This document shows, one piece after another, positions 60,897 through 64,000 of a DNA stretch of 64,000 nt. Location of the stretch: positions 105,335 through 169,334 of the forward strand of contig CAWKAR010000019.1 in the NCBI GenBank assembly GCA_963847625.1. The letters run 5' to 3'. Position 1 is the stretch's first letter; the number at the start of each line of letters is the position of its first letter. The notes under the pieces were generated by a model. It was given only the letters and a program-made list of their open reading frames with translations. It did no database searches and was not told the origin of the DNA. The position numbers and the translations under genes were made by a program. This DNA comes from a candidate division FCPU426 bacterium. GTDB lineage: Bacteria; Oederibacteriota; Muellerivitia; Muellerivitales; Muellerivitaceae.

Positions 60897-62116
60897 AACT
60901 GAACCCCTGTATCAATGCTGAAGGCATAGGTGTTGTAACCGGGTGAAAGAAGAGGAATTTCAAGCCCGTTAGTCTCGTTCCCGCCCCCGACCGGCATGGG
61001 CAAAGGCGTATTGATGTTGTAGGGGTTCAACCGGGCAAAGGTGAAATCGCCCATGGAATCGGTGACATTGAAATCGATGAAAATGGAACGGATTCGTATC
61101 CGCGCCTGTCCATACAAGGCCCTTTGGGGAAGCTGCGCGGATGGAGGGTCGATCCCATTTCCCCCGGTGAAGGGATTATCGGGATTGTTGGCAATCGGGA
61201 TTTGGGCCTCCAGGATGATCCGGTCCAGGGATAGGAAATGCCAGGTGAAAAGGTGCTCTCCCCTGGCCCCAAAGGCGAAAGCGTTCGTATCGCCTGAGTG
61301 GGCGGAATCCTGCACCCCGTACTCGAAGTAAAGGGTGTAGTCCCTGGCGAAATTAGCCTCGCCGCAAATGGAATAGGCCGGGTTCCCGCTCATGGAGGAA
61401 TATTGGAAATCATCCGCCGCGCTGGCCCCCAGGTTGAAAAGAAGAACCGTCCTCAAATCCCCGAAATTGAGTTTCATCCGGAGCTGGCCCATGAAATATC
61501 CCTGGGAGCCGTCAATAACGGCGTCCTGGGCGGAAAGGAGCGTCGGGAAATAAAAGAAGCTCAACGAAGTCGGAGGGCTGGAAACGCTCTTGTAATCTTC
61601 CACCCCGAAAAAGAACTTAAAGGGAATATAAAGCTTTATCCCGTCCAGCCTTCTCAAACCCATCAAGGGATAACGCCCGAAAAAGTGGGTGGTACTGACA
61701 ATATCCGATAAATCCATCCGCCCGATCCGCGCCTCCATCCAAGGTTCCGACAGGGAGAAATTTGCCTCCCTTAATTGAAGGCCTACCCCGTCGTCGGACG
61801 AGGAAAAGAATTTGGTAACCCTGACTGTTCCTTGAGCCGAAACGTCGTTCTCGTCAAGTTTTCGGACAGCTGAAAGGTCGAGCAAGGAAAACCCAAGGTT
61901 CCCGGACGCGTCACTGCCATAATGGGCTACGACGTTCGCGTTGAGTGCCTTGGATTCGTTGTCCACGTAAGGCGGCGGAACCCAGTTTGGCTTGGGTGTC
62001 GCAGTGGGACTAGGGGTGGGAGTTGGTGTTTTCTTCCCCTTGGGTTTTGCATATACGGAAGAAACGTTTATAAAAATCAGCAGACAGAAAATACAAAATG
62101 CCATTTTCATTTTCAT
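60893..62116 (-). CDS. Putative outer-membrane beta-barrel / porin-like protein
   Basis: Signal, TP linker, amphipathic strands (LREANFS, ARIGRM), terminal DTGVQF. Confidence 0.6.
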   Translation of the reverse strand: MKMKMAFCIFCLLIFINVSSVYAKPKGKKTPTPTPSPTATPKPNWVPPPYVDNESKALNANVVAHYGSDASGNLGFSLLDLSAVRKLDENDVSAQGTVRVTKFFSSSDDGVGLQLREANFSLSEPWMEARIGRMDLSDIVSTTHFFGRYPLMGLRRLDGIKLYIPFKFFFGVEDYKSVSSPPTSLSFFYFPTLLSAQDAVIDGSQGYFMGQLRMKLNFGDLRTVLLFNLGASAADDFQYSSMSGNPAYSICGEANFARDYTLYFEYGVQDSAHSGDTNAFAFGARGEHLFTWHFLSLDRIILEAQIPIANNPDNPFTGGNGIDPPSAQLPQRALYGQARIRIRSIFIDFNVTDSMGDFTFARLNPYNINTPLPMPVGGGNETNGLEIPLLSPGYNTYAFSIDTGVQF

Positions 62117-62155
62117 ACCGACCTTCCATAAATCTTTAAATGAGGTCGGTATAGT
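62111..62155 (-). promoter_or_regulatory. Conserved RBS-overlapping hairpin, copy 2
   Basis: ATACCGACCT-N18-AGGTCGGTAT covering the GGAAGG RBS and ATG. Confidence 0.7.
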
Positions 62156-62206
62156 GCCGATTACCTTGTAATTTTTTATCAATGAAAATCGGTACATATA
62201 ACCCCC

Positions 62207-62952
62207 TCACGGTATGGTGTAAGAGACCAACATCTTCGGTTTTTGCTGGCTGTTCCCCGTGTTGTCCCAAAACGATATGAAGCCAGAAAGCGACGCGCTT
62301 GTTTCCGGCTCCGGCGAGATTAAAACCCCGTAATTGTTGTTGGCCTTGTTCACCCAAACCTGGGCAAGGGATGGCGTGATGTTCCAGGCAAGGAGAACTT
62401 GGGTCGCGTTCATCTGGGAGGCGGTAACAGTCACCGCGTCCATGAAAGATGAGTTGTAATCCACCCCTGCCGTAATGGGTGAACTGGCTCCCCCATCCCA
62501 TCCATATGGGGATACAAGCACGTTCCAGGTACTTGAGTCGTTCCAAGGTACTTGGCCGGCTGGGGGTGGTATGACTTGGTGGATGCCGAAAACGTAAGTG
62601 CCCGTGGAAAGGTTCGTGGTGGTTTCCGTGGCCAATTGGAGGCTCGCGGCTGTGATGGTGGCGTTGGAGGGTATGCCGTAGGACAGGTCGAACCTCAACA
62701 AACCCAATGCCACGTTTGCTGTGTTTGATCCTGTGGCCACCAAGATTTCCCCTGTACCAGGGGCGATATTGGGGAAGCTTCCATCGATCCAATGGGTGTC
62801 CGACCCGCCATATCCCGAATCGGGATAAATCCCATTTTCAAATACCGTTGAATAAGTCGGAATGGTCGGTCCGGCTGGGCCTTGGGACCCGGTTGGGCCG
62901 GAAGGCCCTTTTTCACAACCGGCTAATAAAAAAGCAATCGCCAGAATCGAAA
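62207..62952 (-). pseudogene. Lipoprotein with collagen-like linker and DNRLRE-like domain; signal peptide cut by IS30
   Basis: Frame reads SILAIAFLLAGC-EKGPSGPTGSQGPAGPT...LLRFDLS..IPSNATITAASLQL..NNYGVLI..PKMLVSY up to the IS end. Confidence 0.8.
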
Positions 62953-64000
62953 GCTGAATTCAACCAGTAAGTGCAACACCTTGACTAAAGACCTGCTCCG
63001 GCGTTTTAAAACGAAGGCACTTGCGAGGACGATGGTTTAGGATCCGTTCCACGCGTCGTACATTCGCTGGGGTTATAGTAACAAAGTCCGTTTTCTTGGG
63101 ATAGAAGCGACGAACAAGACCTGCAGTATTTTCAACACAACCTTTCTCCCAACTGTGGAAGGGCAAACAAAAGAATGAACGAGTGCTGAACACGATTCAC
63201 CTGGAGATGTTCGACGTTTTCGGAGCCATTGTCGTATGTGATGGTACGGCGGAGGCCTTTTGAAATCCGAACCAACCGACGGTTGATTGCGGCTCTAGTG
63301 TGGAAAGCTGATTTTTGAGGTAGCCAAGCCAGTTTCACCAGACGACTTTTGCGCTCGACCATAACCAGAAGTGAGGGTTTGCTTTTCCGGGAGATGATGG
63401 TGTCGGCCTCCCAGTGCCCGAATTGCTGTCTTGTTTCAACGATAGCTGGTCGTTGGGTAATGGGAGTACGTTGAGGAATATGGCTTTTGCGATGTTTTTG
63501 AGTGTGCCAACGTCGCAAACGTTTTCGATCTGGGCCCGGGCTAGATGAGGAATGAGGTTTCGAGCTTCGCAGTAGATGAATTGATAGATGGCTTCATGGG
63601 AAACGGAAAATTTTGGTTCCTGCCGGCGAAGAAAACCGGCAATTTGCTCCGGCCAGAGTCCACGAGGTATTTCTCGCAGTACTAAACGGCGAATCTCAGG
63701 ATTTTTAAGCCTTCAATGAGTACGTGAAAGACGGTTTCGGTGTTCTGCACGCATGTGAGCTCTGGCGGGCAGGTAGCGGCGAGATCGTATAGGAGGGGCG
63801 TTGCGCTTCAGTTCTCGGGAAATGCTGGATACATCACGGCCCAGACGGCGTGCGATTTCCCGAAGGGAGAGGCCTTCAGCATTCCAAACTGAAATTTCTT
63901 CACGTTCGGCTAACGACAGATGCTTGTAGGATGATTTCATAGCACTTAGGATAACCCCCGGGTTCTGCCGGGTCTAAGTGTTGCACTTCGTTATTGAACT
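62953..64000 (-). mobile_element. Second IS30 copy with disrupted transposase (window ends just inside the IR)
   Basis: Near-identical to 22180-23231 but with indels near 63186 and 63530, a premature TGA at 63713-63715, and substitutions. Confidence 0.9.

Larger units (their letters stand above)
49466..64000 (-). mobile_element. Integrative (probably conjugative) element adjacent to tRNA-Gly; far end not in window
   Basis: Integrase, xis and VirB4/B6/B2/B3/B8-like module, all co-directional next to tRNA. Confidence 0.8.

Overview
Bacterial chromosomal window of moderate to high GC from a probably diderm organism (outer-membrane beta-barrel proteins, many Thr/Pro-rich secreted proteins). (1) From about 4.2 to 14.6 kb lies an array of unrelated accessory genes: FitAB toxin-antitoxin, hydrolase, NHL and multi-barrel OMP, LprI/Sel1, VOC, GNAT and a duplicated Zn-ribbon mini-gene. 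They are separated by about 11 co-oriented copies of a 30-bp site with 12-6-12 dyad architecture (consensus TTGTCCACGATG-GSTCCC-CGTCGTGGACAA), usually 0-20 bp from a stop codon. This looks like a non-integron gene-cassette array with tyrosine-recombinase-type sites and is the most novel element here. (2) 14.7-42.9 kb holds envelope and secreted proteins, three of the four GT-C-type glycosyltransferase-like genes (the fourth is at 781-2700), LacI, a hybrid kinase, an IS30 (TTC target duplication) interrupting a lipoprotein, and a CpaE-CpaF fusion. (3) 42.9-49.5 kb holds thrS, an L20 leader, infC (ATT start), rpmI, rplT, a TrmH-family methyltransferase and pheS, plus tRNA-Gly/Cys/Val with 153-bp tRNA-tail tandem repeats. 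(4) 49.5-64 kb is an integrative, probably conjugative element abutting the 5' end of tRNA-Gly. It carries an integrase, excisionase, two SpoVG, a TPR-GGDEF cyclase, VirB8/B4/B3/B6/B2-like genes and OM/lipoprotein genes, and ends in a second, degenerate IS30 copy. All calls come from reading motifs by eye; no database searches were run.
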